DNA of 64,000 bases from IMG/VR virus record IMGVR_UViG_3300010370_000025; one strand, written 5' to 3'. The notes beneath the pieces were generated by a model. The model made no database searches and was not told where the DNA came from. It was given only the letters and a program-made list of their open reading frames with translations. Source of the stretch: a virus (Duplodnaviria; Heunggongvirae; Uroviricota; Caudoviricetes). A program made the position numbers and the translations under genes. Shown here piece by piece: positions 8,020-16,970 of the stretch (position 1 is its first letter; each line of letters opens with the position of its first letter).

Positions 8020-8664
8020 ATGAAAATAATATATTTAAGTGAAAAAGTCAATGTAGAAATTATTGACGGTCCAATTGGTATATTTGCATCTGGTGGTACT
8101 GATAGCTCGTTACTTCTTTATTTTGTAATGAAGTATACAAACTACCCGCTTCATATTTTTACGTGCTCATCAACTTTAAAAGGTAGAACAAATTCTACTA
8201 TTATTTCTAAAGTAATTGAGAAGTGTATTCAACTAACCGGTAACATGAATATATTTCAACACAATTATTATGTTGACGAGCAAACTAAAGATAATATATG
8301 GGAATACCCATATTCATTTTTAAATGAAAATAAAATATCAGCAATTTATTCAGGTTCAACTGCTAATCCTCCAGATGAAATAGCATATAGTTTTTTTGAA
8401 CCTAACACAGAAAATGGTGAGAGGGATCCTAAGGTAGAACGACCTTATTGGAGATATAATAATACACTTTATAGTCCGTTTACAAATATAGATAAAAAAA
8501 ATATTGCAAATATATACAAACAATATAATTTGATCGATACACTATTTGCTTATACAAGATCTTGTGAAAAAATTTGTGAATCTGCAGATGATTTAGAATA
8601 CTACGATCATTGTGGTAAATGCTGGTGGTGTGAAGAAAGACAGTGGGGATTTGGTAAATTATAA
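8020..8664 (+). CDS. QueC-like PP-loop ATPase with a C-terminal Cys cluster
   Basis: SGGTDS PP-loop; TRSC...HCGKCWWCEER zinc motif. Confidence 0.75.
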   Translation: MKIIYLSEKVNVEIIDGPIGIFASGGTDSSLLLYFVMKYTNYPLHIFTCSSTLKGRTNSTIISKVIEKCIQLTGNMNIFQHNYYVDEQTKDNIWEYPYSFLNENKISAIYSGSTANPPDEIAYSFFEPNTENGERDPKVERPYWRYNNTLYSPFTNIDKKNIANIYKQYNLIDTLFAYTRSCEKICESADDLEYYDHCGKCWWCEERQWGFGKL

Positions 8665-8669
8665 GTTTT

Positions 8670-8688
8670 TATAAATATAGTATAAATA
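8670..8688 (+). promoter_or_regulatory. Tandem T4-type late promoters
   Basis: TATAAATA at 8670-8677 and 8681-8688, upstream of SD GAGG. Confidence 0.75.
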
Positions 8689-8719
8689 GAGTTAGGCTAA
8701 GGCAATCCTCGAGGATAAT

Positions 8720-11305
8720 ATGGCAGATAATAATAAAGAGCAGCAAACTGCTCAATCTTCAAATAATGGTAAGTCATTAAAGAACACGGTTATTGATAGT
8801 GTAAAAAAGAAGAGTAGTAATAAAACACTTCTTGGCACACCTGTAGATCAAATAGAAATTAACCCTGTTTTAAATAAACCTAATCTTACTAATAGCGTAG
8901 AACGCTCAGGTAACGTTTTAAAAGAAGCTAAAGAATCAACAGCTGTAATGGCATTCGGTCGTTACAATCCGCCTACTATTGGCCATGAAAAACTTATAAA
9001 CAAAGTAAAAGAAGTAGCAGCTAAAGAAAACGGCTCTGCACATATTATTGCCTCTCATTCAGAAAATTCCGCTAAAAATCCGCTACCTAAAGATAAAAAA
9101 GTAGAATACTTAAAGAAAGTCGCAGGTAAAGATGTTAATGTTAGTAGTTCTTCTGGACAAGCTCCGTCCGTATTACATGCAGCAGTAAAACTGCACAATG
9201 CAGGACATAAGCACCTAGTTATGGTTGCTGGTTCAGATAGAGTGCCGGAATATCATGAATTACTTCACAAGTATAACGGTGTAGAATCAAAACACGGACT
9301 TTACAATTTTAAATCTATTAAAGTAGTTTCAGCAGGTAATAGAGACCCAGATGCTGAAGGTGCATCTGGTATGTCAGGTACAAAGCTTAGAAGTGTAGCT
9401 AGAGCTGGTGGAGACATCAAGCCCGGTCTCCCTAAAGCACTTCATCCTCATGCAGATGAGATTGCAAACCATATTAAATCTATTAAAGAAGATATTAATA
9501 ACTTTTTTGAAGATTATTTAGATGAAAAGACAGAAGTACCTCAAGATAAACAAATTAGTCACTTACCTGGAACTCAGCCTGCAAAGTATTATGCTGGGTT
9601 AAGTAGAGATGAAAAGCAAGATAGATACAACCAATTTAAAAAACAAGCTTCAATGGATTCAAGAGACCCTGATGCATACAAATTAGCACCAGGTGATGAA
9701 AAAGAATCAAATAAATTATCTAAGCACACTCTTAGATATAGAAAACTTTATGGTGAAGATCTAGCATCATTAGTATTAACTGCAAATGCTTTATTTAATC
9801 ATATTGCAGAAGAATTAGAAGAATTAACAGAAGAAGAAGTCTCTGCTTTAAGAAAGAAAGCTGAAAAATCAGGTATTTCTTATAGCACTTTAAAGAAAGT
9901 TTACAATAGAGGATTAGCTGCTTGGAGAACCGGTCACCGTCCAGGTACAACTCCTCAGCAATGGGCTTTTGCAAGAGTTAATTCATATATCACTAAAGGT
10001 AAAGGAACTTACCATGGTGCAGATAAAGACTTGCATGAAGAACAATTAAATGAGTTTTTAAAAACAATAATAGGTGGTGTACTTAAATACGGAGATGATG
10101 CATTAAAGTATGGTGATGATGCTTTAAAGTGGCTTAAACCATCAGATGAGGTATTACCTAAAGTACGACCAGCACCAGCTAGACCAGTAACACCAACTCC
10201 TAAACCAATTGAGCCAGTTCCTGTTCCTAGAGAGCCAGCTCCAGTAATACCGTTCAAGCCTAGACCTAAGCCAGAGCCAGAGGTAATTCCAGTAAAACCA
10301 GAGGTAGAACCACCTCCAGGTGCTCCAGTTGTTGTTCCTCCAAAACCAGTTCCTAGTAAACCAAAACCAGCGGAGCCTGCACCTAAACCTGGTGATTTAC
10401 CCACACCTATAGAAATTCCTACACCTAAGCAAGTTCCTGCACCTAAGCCAGAAACTAAGCCTAGACCAGGTGTTAAACCTAAGCCTGGACCAAAACCAGC
10501 TCCTAAGCCAGGTGAAGATCCTTCTCCTAATCCAGCTCCAGCTCCGGCTCCTAAGCCGGGTCCAGCACCGGAACCAGCACCAGGACCTAAGCCAAAAGAG
10601 TTAGAGAAGCCCCAGCCTTTACCTGAACCAGGTCCTGCTCCAAAACCAGCACCAGCTCCAGAACCAGCTCCTGCTCCTGCTCCTAGAGCTAGACCTCAGC
10701 CAGCTACTCCTCCACGCTTAAACGTGCCTCCAAGAATTATACCTCCTATTGTTCCTCCAGTTCCTCCTTTACCAGTAGTTCCGCCAGGTTCTTCTGAAAC
10801 AAGAAGTATGAGACCTATTTTATTTGGCGTCCCTGGAGAAAGAGATTCTCGTCAGCATACTCAAAAATGGAGTAATGCAATGAATAGAATGGTTCAACCG
10901 AGCGAAGCAGGATATGCTAGAGCGGGCAGACAAGAAGAGACAGATATTAATAGTAAATTTACATCATTGTTTAATGAAGCAGAAAATGATGAAAACGATA
11001 CTCCAAGAAATAGAGAAGCAATCTCACGCTCTAATCAAGATCCTAAAAAGAAACAATTAGTTCCCAGAGAAGGTGATAGAAAAGATTGTGATAGACCTTA
11101 CCGTGAACAATCTATTCAAAAGAAAATAATAGATGAAGCTAAAAAGACTCCCTGGGAAAAAATTGTAAAAGTTATGAAATCAAAGGGTGTTGATCTAGAA
11201 GCTTCTGATAAAAGAGCTAAAGAAGCTATTAGGGGACTAAAACAAGCTGGAGCTGATTATCAAGCAATTTTGGATAGAGAAAAAAATGCCAAAAAGTCAG
11301 ATTGA
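8720..11305 (+). CDS. Multidomain protein: cytidylyltransferase-family (HIGH-type) nucleotidyltransferase, conserved small phage domains and a long Pro-rich tract
   Basis: FGRYNPPTIGHEKL, VMVAGSDR, VVSAGNRDPDAEG.SGMSGTKLR; KSGISYSTLKKVYNRG..AW.TGHRPG..PQQWAFARVNS; PAPKP repeats. Confidence 0.8.
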   Translation: MADNNKEQQTAQSSNNGKSLKNTVIDSVKKKSSNKTLLGTPVDQIEINPVLNKPNLTNSVERSGNVLKEAKESTAVMAFGRYNPPTIGHEKLINKVKEVAAKENGSAHIIASHSENSAKNPLPKDKKVEYLKKVAGKDVNVSSSSGQAPSVLHAAVKLHNAGHKHLVMVAGSDRVPEYHELLHKYNGVESKHGLYNFKSIKVVSAGNRDPDAEGASGMSGTKLRSVARAGGDIKPGLPKALHPHADEIANHIKSIKEDINNFFEDYLDEKTEVPQDKQISHLPGTQPAKYYAGLSRDEKQDRYNQFKKQASMDSRDPDAYKLAPGDEKESNKLSKHTLRYRKLYGEDLASLVLTANALFNHIAEELEELTEEEVSALRKKAEKSGISYSTLKKVYNRGLAAWRTGHRPGTTPQQWAFARVNSYITKGKGTYHGADKDLHEEQLNEFLKTIIGGVLKYGDDALKYGDDALKWLKPSDEVLPKVRPAPARPVTPTPKPIEPVPVPREPAPVIPFKPRPKPEPEVIPVKPEVEPPPGAPVVVPPKPVPSKPKPAEPAPKPGDLPTPIEIPTPKQVPAPKPETKPRPGVKPKPGPKPAPKPGEDPSPNPAPAPAPKPGPAPEPAPGPKPKELEKPQPLPEPGPAPKPAPAPEPAPAPAPRARPQPATPPRLNVPPRIIPPIVPPVPPLPVVPPGSSETRSMRPILFGVPGERDSRQHTQKWSNAMNRMVQPSEAGYARAGRQEETDINSKFTSLFNEAENDENDTPRNREAISRSNQDPKKKQLVPREGDRKDCDRPYREQSIQKKIIDEAKKTPWEKIVKVMKSKGVDLEASDKRAKEAIRGLKQAGADYQAILDREKNAKKSD
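10165..10790 (+). repeat. Proline-rich low-complexity coding tract (PAPKP/PEPAP/PKP units)
   Basis: Many degenerate ccagc(t/a)cc(t/a)aa units read directly; translation is about 200 aa dominated by P, A, K, E and V. Confidence 0.85.
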
Positions 11306-11786
11306 TCGCTCAAATACATATAAAAGAGAATGGGGGACCGCTTCCTTGACAAACACATATAAGAATGATACTCCTGGAGAAACTCCAGTCGAAGATAATG
11401 TACAGGAAAACACATTAAAAACTTTTAGTGATTTTCTTCAAGGTTGTTCTCTTATAGAAGAAGAGATTCATGAATTAATAGAAGAAGAATTTCTTATTAG
11501 CGGTGATGAGCTTTACGAAGATTGGGGTGAACCTTTAGAAGAAGCTGAAAAAAGCGGGCGTAAAGTTTCATTAGGTAAGCCATTTTTAACACCAGGCGGT
11601 CCTAAGAAAAGAGCTGTATATGTTAAGAATGAAAAAGGTAATGTAATTAAAGTTAACTTTGGCGACCCTAATATGAGAATTAAAAAGAACATTCCAGCAC
11701 GTAGAAGATCATTTCGCGCTAGACATAATTGTGATAATCCAGGCCCAAGAACAAAAGCTAGATACTGGAGTTGTAAAGCATGGTAA
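11286..11786 (+). CDS. Conserved T4-like hypothetical protein (basic Cys/His C-terminal domain)
   Basis: KRAVYVKN..GNVIKVNFGDPN...RRRSFRARHNCD...ARYWSC. Confidence 0.75.
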   Translation: MPKSQIDRSNTYKREWGTASLTNTYKNDTPGETPVEDNVQENTLKTFSDFLQGCSLIEEEIHELIEEEFLISGDELYEDWGEPLEEAEKSGRKVSLGKPFLTPGGPKKRAVYVKNEKGNVIKVNFGDPNMRIKKNIPARRRSFRARHNCDNPGPRTKARYWSCKAW

Positions 11787-11968
11787 AAACTTACAAGCAG
11801 CTAGTTACAGAACTATCAGTTGCACAGGGTACTACAGGTAAAAGAATAGAATGGAATCCGCCTTTACAAGGTATTAGAATGGCTGATGGTACTATTAAAA
11901 AATTGCCTCCTGGAAAAAGTGGTAGTTCTGGCGGAGGTGGACCTGCAGGTGATGGTGGCGATAGTTAA
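11780..11968 (+). CDS. Small protein, possible internal head protein
   Basis: N-terminus MVKTYKQLVTE; Gly-rich C-terminus. Confidence 0.6.
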   Translation: MVKTYKQLVTELSVAQGTTGKRIEWNPPLQGIRMADGTIKKLPPGKSGSSGGGGPAGDGGDS

Positions 11969-11995
11969 TAAATAGATAAAACAAAGGAATTAGAC

Positions 11996-12583
11996 ATGGA
12001 AGAATTAATTAATAATATGAAAGTAGTATTGGCTGATTCTTTTGCATTCTATTTGAAACTTCATAACTTTCATTGGAATGTAGAAGGGCCCAACTTTCCT
12101 CAGTATCATGAGTTGTTTGGTAATCTTTATGAAGAAGTGTTTGGCGCAATAGATTCTATTGCTGAACATATCAGAGCAGCAGGTGGGTATGCACCTGGTT
12201 CTCTTTCTAGATATTCAGATCTCACTTCAATTGAAGATCAAAATATTGTAATTAATGCAGATGAAATGATTAGAATTGCTTTAATGGATAATGCTAAAGT
12301 TATTACAAGTTTAACTATAGCATATAAATCTGCAGAAGCAGCTAATGAATTAGGTCTTGCTAATTTTTTACAAGACCGCATTGATATTCATAAAAAGCAT
12401 GGTTGGATGTTGAGAGCATCTTCTAAGACGCCGATTATTGCAGTTGTTACAACAGAGGCTTTAGATCCAGTAGGTAAAGAAGACGCTGATGTTAACAATG
12501 ACGGTAAAAATGATAAAACAGACGATTATATTGCTAAGAGAAGAGCTGCAATCACTAATGCTATTAAAAGTTCAAGAAAATGA
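11996..12583 (+). CDS. dps: Dps/ferritin-like protein with an extra C-terminal tail
   Basis: LADSFAFYLKLHNFHWNVEGPNF..YHELFG.LYEE..AID.IAE.IR and D.H.KHGWMLR. Confidence 0.92.
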   Translation: MEELINNMKVVLADSFAFYLKLHNFHWNVEGPNFPQYHELFGNLYEEVFGAIDSIAEHIRAAGGYAPGSLSRYSDLTSIEDQNIVINADEMIRIALMDNAKVITSLTIAYKSAEAANELGLANFLQDRIDIHKKHGWMLRASSKTPIIAVVTTEALDPVGKEDADVNNDGKNDKTDDYIAKRRAAITNAIKSSRK

Positions 12584-12729
12584 GCAAGAAACAAGTAGCT
12601 AATAACAGCTCTAATAATGTGACGTCTAATAATACCGCAGGTCTTATAAAACCTAAATATATTAAAGATAAATCTGTTTTTTATAAAGAATCAACTTACA
12701 TCAAAGATTTATTAGGAGAAGGAAAATAA
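12580..12729 (+). CDS. 49-aa hypothetical protein not in the ORF track (MSKKQVANNSSNN...DLLGEGK)
   Basis: ATGA overlap with the dps stop; fills the gap and ends 3 nt before the next ATG. Confidence 0.5.
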   Translation: MSKKQVANNSSNNVTSNNTAGLIKPKYIKDKSVFYKESTYIKDLLGEGK

Positions 12730-12732
12730 ACA

Positions 12733-13740
12733 ATGTCTCTATGGGGAAATAAAGATACTAAGACTGGAAGCGGTACTGTTACTATTGCTGCTAACGGTCT
12801 CGTAACTGGTTCTGGTACTGCTTTCGATACAGAAGCAGTTATCGGTAACTATATTAAAGTAACTGCAGGCGCAACTGCAAACTTAAACTATGCAATAGTT
12901 TCAATTACTAACTCAACCTCACTTCAGGTTGTTTCAGGTATTAACCAGGGTAACGGTTCAGTAACTGCTACCTCAGCAGGTAATGCTTATTCATTTAGCG
13001 AAAAGCCATCTTATGTTGCTCTTACAGATGCAACTGGTGTAAACGCTAATCAAGTGTATGGTGTTGATACAACTGAAATGGGTGTATCAAACGGTAGTAT
13101 CGTAGAATATATTATCACTTCACCGGGTTCCGGATATGGCGCAAACGCTGCAGTTACTCTTACAGTAACTAATGGTGGCTCTGGTGCATCTGCAAATGCT
13201 ACTGCTAACTCATCAGGTAGAATTGAAGCTGTAAATGCTAACCAAGTTGGTCAAGGGTTCCTAACTTCACCAACAGTAGCTATCGCAGCACCTTCTGCAG
13301 TAACTTTTAACGGATTATCTGCAGTTTCAAACACAAGTGATACAATTGCAATTTCTACTGCAAACAGTCTCTTCCTAGCTGGTGACAGAGTTCGCTATCT
13401 AGTTGCTGCTGGTAATACTGCAGTTGGTGGTCTCTCAAACGGATCATACTACTACATCCAGTCATCAAATACAACTACAGTTAAGCTCGCTGCTACTTCA
13501 AGTGGTTCTGCAATTGATCTTACTGCAGGTGTAGACGAAACAGGTCACTCACTTACTGGTGAAACTGCAACTGCAGAAGCAGTAATCAGCGGTGCAGCCA
13601 ACAAGGGTGGATTCCATGCTGGTTGGGTAAGAAGAATTAGAGGTACAGGTGGTCGTGCTGGCCGTATTCAGTACGAAACTCTTGTAGCAGCTGGTTCAGT
13701 AACCAATGACGCAGAAGATACAATCTTTAAAGATTCTTAA
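12733..13740 (+). CDS. Virion structural protein
   Basis: MSLWGNKD start and HAGWVRR..GTGGRAGRIQYETLVA end; G/S/T/A/N-rich; carries a module shared with gp7 and gp8. Confidence 0.7.
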   Translation: MSLWGNKDTKTGSGTVTIAANGLVTGSGTAFDTEAVIGNYIKVTAGATANLNYAIVSITNSTSLQVVSGINQGNGSVTATSAGNAYSFSEKPSYVALTDATGVNANQVYGVDTTEMGVSNGSIVEYIITSPGSGYGANAAVTLTVTNGGSGASANATANSSGRIEAVNANQVGQGFLTSPTVAIAAPSAVTFNGLSAVSNTSDTIAISTANSLFLAGDRVRYLVAAGNTAVGGLSNGSYYYIQSSNTTTVKLAATSSGSAIDLTAGVDETGHSLTGETATAEAVISGAANKGGFHAGWVRRIRGTGGRAGRIQYETLVAAGSVTNDAEDTIFKDS

Positions 13741-13762
13741 TACTTAATTTAGGTGAACCAGG

Positions 13763-14629
13763 ATGGCAACGACTAAAATAACTGAGTTAACAGCTGCTAC
13801 TACTATTGCTAATACCGATATATTAGTAGTTGTTACTGATCCTTCTGGTTCACCTACAACTAAAAAAATAACTGCAAATAACTTAGTTAACTCTTTAGCT
13901 AATGCTACGTTAAGACAATTACCTTATGCTAATAGTTCTTCAAATGGTACTATTAAAGTAGGTACCAACTTAACTGTTAACGCTACAGGCCACCTAAGCG
14001 TTAACTCAGATATTTCAGTAAATGCTATTACTGCTACTTCAAAAATACAAGTGGGTAATGCAGCAGGGTTTGCTTTTAATAATTCACTTATTGAGATTGA
14101 TGGCTCAACAAATAGCTATCTACAAAGTGTTATTCAAAATGCTAATAGCGGTACAAACGCTTCCGGCGATTTAGTCATTACCGCTGACACTGGTAATGAT
14201 ACTGTTGATTATGTTGACTTTGGTATTAACAGCTCTACATATAATAATCCTGATTACAATATAGGTGGGGGTGGAGATGGCTATATCTATGCAAGTAATG
14301 GGAACTTTACAGTAGGTGTTTTAGGAGCCGCTAAAGAGCTTAAACTTCACGCTGGAAGTGCTAATACACAATCTATCAAGCTTACAATTAACGCTAGCTC
14401 AGTGTATGTAAATACAAGTACAGATTTTAAAGTTGGTACTACTTTTATAGCTAATTCTACTACATTAACTATTGGTAATAGTACTGTTAATACTACATTT
14501 TCAGCTACTGGCACAACATACGTCGCAAACTCTAGTAACTGGACAGGCTCTCCTCCATCAACTATAGAAGATGCTATTGATAGAATAGCAGCAGTTGTTA
14601 AATCATTAAATGGTGGTACAGGCGCTTAA
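13763..14629 (+). CDS. Tail-fibre-like structural protein
   Basis: TTKITELTAA N-terminus; beta-rich N/S/T composition; TIEDAIDRIAA C-terminus. Confidence 0.6.
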   Translation: MATTKITELTAATTIANTDILVVVTDPSGSPTTKKITANNLVNSLANATLRQLPYANSSSNGTIKVGTNLTVNATGHLSVNSDISVNAITATSKIQVGNAAGFAFNNSLIEIDGSTNSYLQSVIQNANSGTNASGDLVITADTGNDTVDYVDFGINSSTYNNPDYNIGGGGDGYIYASNGNFTVGVLGAAKELKLHAGSANTQSIKLTINASSVYVNTSTDFKVGTTFIANSTTLTIGNSTVNTTFSATGTTYVANSSNWTGSPPSTIEDAIDRIAAVVKSLNGGTGA

Positions 14630-14637
14630 ACAATATT

Positions 14638-15030
14638 ATGGTTGATAGACTTGATGAATCCAATTTTTTACTTTATGCAGCTAAAAACTATGAAAACGCG
14701 CAATGTTTTGATACAATAGAATTTTATGAAGATTTAAAAAGATTTAAATATATAAAAAGACTTTTTAATAGATATCTTGAAGAGGGTGATTTAAAAGAAC
14801 GATTAATATTAAATCATATTATAGTAATATATAATGTATTTCAACCTATTGCTGCTACTAGATTATTGTTTTTTAAATTAAAAGGTATGGAAAGTTTATT
14901 ATTACCCTTTTTAGAACTATTAAGTTATTTACCTACTCGAATTGACGGTATTGGTATTGAAAATAAAACTGTTATAATAGAAAACATAACCCCCGATCAA
15001 TCTATTAGAAATGCATTAAAGAAGATTTAA
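14638..15030 (+). CDS. Conserved T4-like hypothetical protein
   Basis: FLLYAAKNY...EFYEDLKRFKYIKRLF.RY...ERLILNHII. Confidence 0.75.
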   Translation: MVDRLDESNFLLYAAKNYENAQCFDTIEFYEDLKRFKYIKRLFNRYLEEGDLKERLILNHIIVIYNVFQPIAATRLLFFKLKGMESLLLPFLELLSYLPTRIDGIGIENKTVIIENITPDQSIRNALKKI

Positions 15031-15031
15031 A

Positions 15032-16237
15032 ATGTTTGTAGATACTTTTATTTTATACGAATTTTTAAAAAGACTTACAACACCATTTACTCAAATGGAT
15101 GCATATAGATTAGGTCTTATAGATGCAAACGGCAACGTGTTAAAACGTAGAGAACTTTTTAATTATGAAGAGTCAAGAGCTTTAAGTAAATTTGACATAT
15201 TAATAATTAATCTTAAAAAACTTATAGGTATGATTCCAGGCGGGCAATCTCAACTTGCATCAATTGCTGCTGCTATCTATTTGATGAGAGAAGAAAAAAA
15301 CATTAATGAGAATAATTTAGAAAATTCTCTTTTTGAATTAGAAGAAAATTTTAATAAAATATTTAACGAAGTAAAACAAGTCTATGAAGACGCGCCAGTT
15401 AATTCTACTGCTGGAATTGCAGGATTAGGACCTTCTGATCTTAAAATACCCCCTAAATCAAGACGTAAATATATCAAAAATAATGAAAAAACTACCAATC
15501 TTTTAATGGGGCTAATTCGTCGTAGAATGCCTGCTATGGTAGGTGAAGATACATCTTTAGAGTATCATAAAGAATTAAATAGTAAATTATGGGACGGTAA
15601 TATTTTAAAAGATGAAGTGAGAGGCAAGTTACTTCAAATAGCTGATGCGTGGAAAAATTTTGCAAAAATTCCTGATGATAAAATTCAAGATATAATTATT
15701 ACTGGTGGTAACGTTAATTATAATTACACACCACAATCAGATATTGATTTACATTTAATTGTTAATAGAGATTCACTTAATCCTAATAGAGAATTTGTAG
15801 ATGAGTATCTACAAGATAAAAAGATTTTATGGACTCTCACTCACCCAGATATTCACATATATGGTTATCCTGTAGAGTTATACGCTCAAGATCCAGAAGA
15901 ACATGCGCATTACGGTCAAGGTGTGTACTCTGTAATGAAACAATCATGGCTTCAAGCACCCGAATATCTAGGTTTAGATTTTGGCAGCAATGCTAGTTTG
16001 CAAAATAAAGTACAATTTTATAAAGACATGATTGATAAGCTTATTGATCAACAAGCAGATACTGATGCTATTGATTCTCTTAAAAAGAAAATAAGAACTA
16101 TGCGTGGTGATTCTATTGCTAAAAGCGGTGAGTTTGCGTTTGGTAATTTAATTTTCAAAGATCTCCGCAATCAAGGTTATTTAGATAAGATAAATGATTA
16201 TGAAAGATCAAAAATGGATAAAGGACTTTCTCTATAA
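15032..16237 (+). CDS. Fusion of a conserved T4-like head-associated N-terminal domain and a Pol-beta-superfamily nucleotidyltransferase-like domain
   Basis: FLKRLTTPF....AYRLGLIDANGNVLK; then ITGGNVNYNYTPQSDIDLHL and YPVELYAQD. Confidence 0.7.
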   Translation: MFVDTFILYEFLKRLTTPFTQMDAYRLGLIDANGNVLKRRELFNYEESRALSKFDILIINLKKLIGMIPGGQSQLASIAAAIYLMREEKNINENNLENSLFELEENFNKIFNEVKQVYEDAPVNSTAGIAGLGPSDLKIPPKSRRKYIKNNEKTTNLLMGLIRRRMPAMVGEDTSLEYHKELNSKLWDGNILKDEVRGKLLQIADAWKNFAKIPDDKIQDIIITGGNVNYNYTPQSDIDLHLIVNRDSLNPNREFVDEYLQDKKILWTLTHPDIHIYGYPVELYAQDPEEHAHYGQGVYSVMKQSWLQAPEYLGLDFGSNASLQNKVQFYKDMIDKLIDQQADTDAIDSLKKKIRTMRGDSIAKSGEFAFGNLIFKDLRNQGYLDKINDYERSKMDKGLSL

Positions 16238-16634
16238 TGCCATTACTAGGATTAATGTTCGGAAGTAAATAGGTACTATTATTACACTAGTAATTTTAGG
16301 ATCAGGATTATTTTTTGGATGGCTTACATGGCATGATAGTGAAGTATGGAATAAAGCGACTGAAGCTTTTAATAAAGCTCAAGAAGAATTAGTTGCTAAA
16401 AAAGAAGAAGAATTTAAGCAGCAAACAGTAGTAATTGATGATAATGCTCAACGTATTCGAGACGCTATTGCTGAGAGAGAACGAGAATTAGATAATTTTG
16501 AAAGAAGAATGGAAACAACTAAAGTTATAACTACAGAAAGTGGTACAACAACTACTAATGATGGCAATAATCAAGTATCACCATATCTTAAAGAAGTTGT
16601 CAAAGAATTAGACTCTACATACGGTGTAAAATGA
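16237..16634 (+). pseudogene. Probable i-spanin (Rz-like), apparently frameshifted near 16269
   Basis: ATG at 16237 gives MPLLGLMFGSK then TAG (16270-16272); the -1 frame is open from 16269 to 16634 with a TM helix then a coiled coil, and overlaps the lipoprotein gene by ATGA. Confidence 0.65.
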
Positions 16635-16918
16635 AATATTTAATAATTATTCCTTTAGCATTAATTTTATCTGCGTGTGCTACTAAAGAAGTAAAATTAG
16701 TTGCTCCTGAATACAAAGTTATTAAAGCACCAGACGACTTTTACAAATGCCCTACAGTTACAAAGTTTCCTAATCCTAGCACACTTACAGAAAAAGAGCT
16801 CGGCCAGCTATTAGTAAAACAGCAACGCTACAATGTAACTTGTAAAAACAATATTGAAGCAATTCGTAAGTTTTACGAAGATGCAGAAAAAACACTAGCA
16901 GCAAATAAAAAGAGTTGA
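16631..16918 (+). CDS. Lipoprotein, probable o-spanin (Rz1-like)
   Basis: Lipobox LSA-C; Pro-rich segment CPTVTKFPNP; follows the i-spanin-like frame. Confidence 0.75.
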   Translation: MKYLIIIPLALILSACATKEVKLVAPEYKVIKAPDDFYKCPTVTKFPNPSTLTEKELGQLLVKQQRYNVTCKNNIEAIRKFYEDAEKTLAANKKS

Positions 16919-16942
16919 TTTTCTTTCTAGCTACTATATAAT
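16915..16942 (+). promoter_or_regulatory. Putative sigma70-like promoter
   Basis: TTGATT-16 nt-TATAAT upstream of the primase gene. Confidence 0.6.
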
Positions 16943-16970
16943 AACTCTGTTCGAATAAGGATAGAGTAAT

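Noticed and set aside
10009-10404. Gly-rich minus-strand ORF
   Set aside because: It is the antisense shadow of the proline-rich tract (CCN codons read as GGN).
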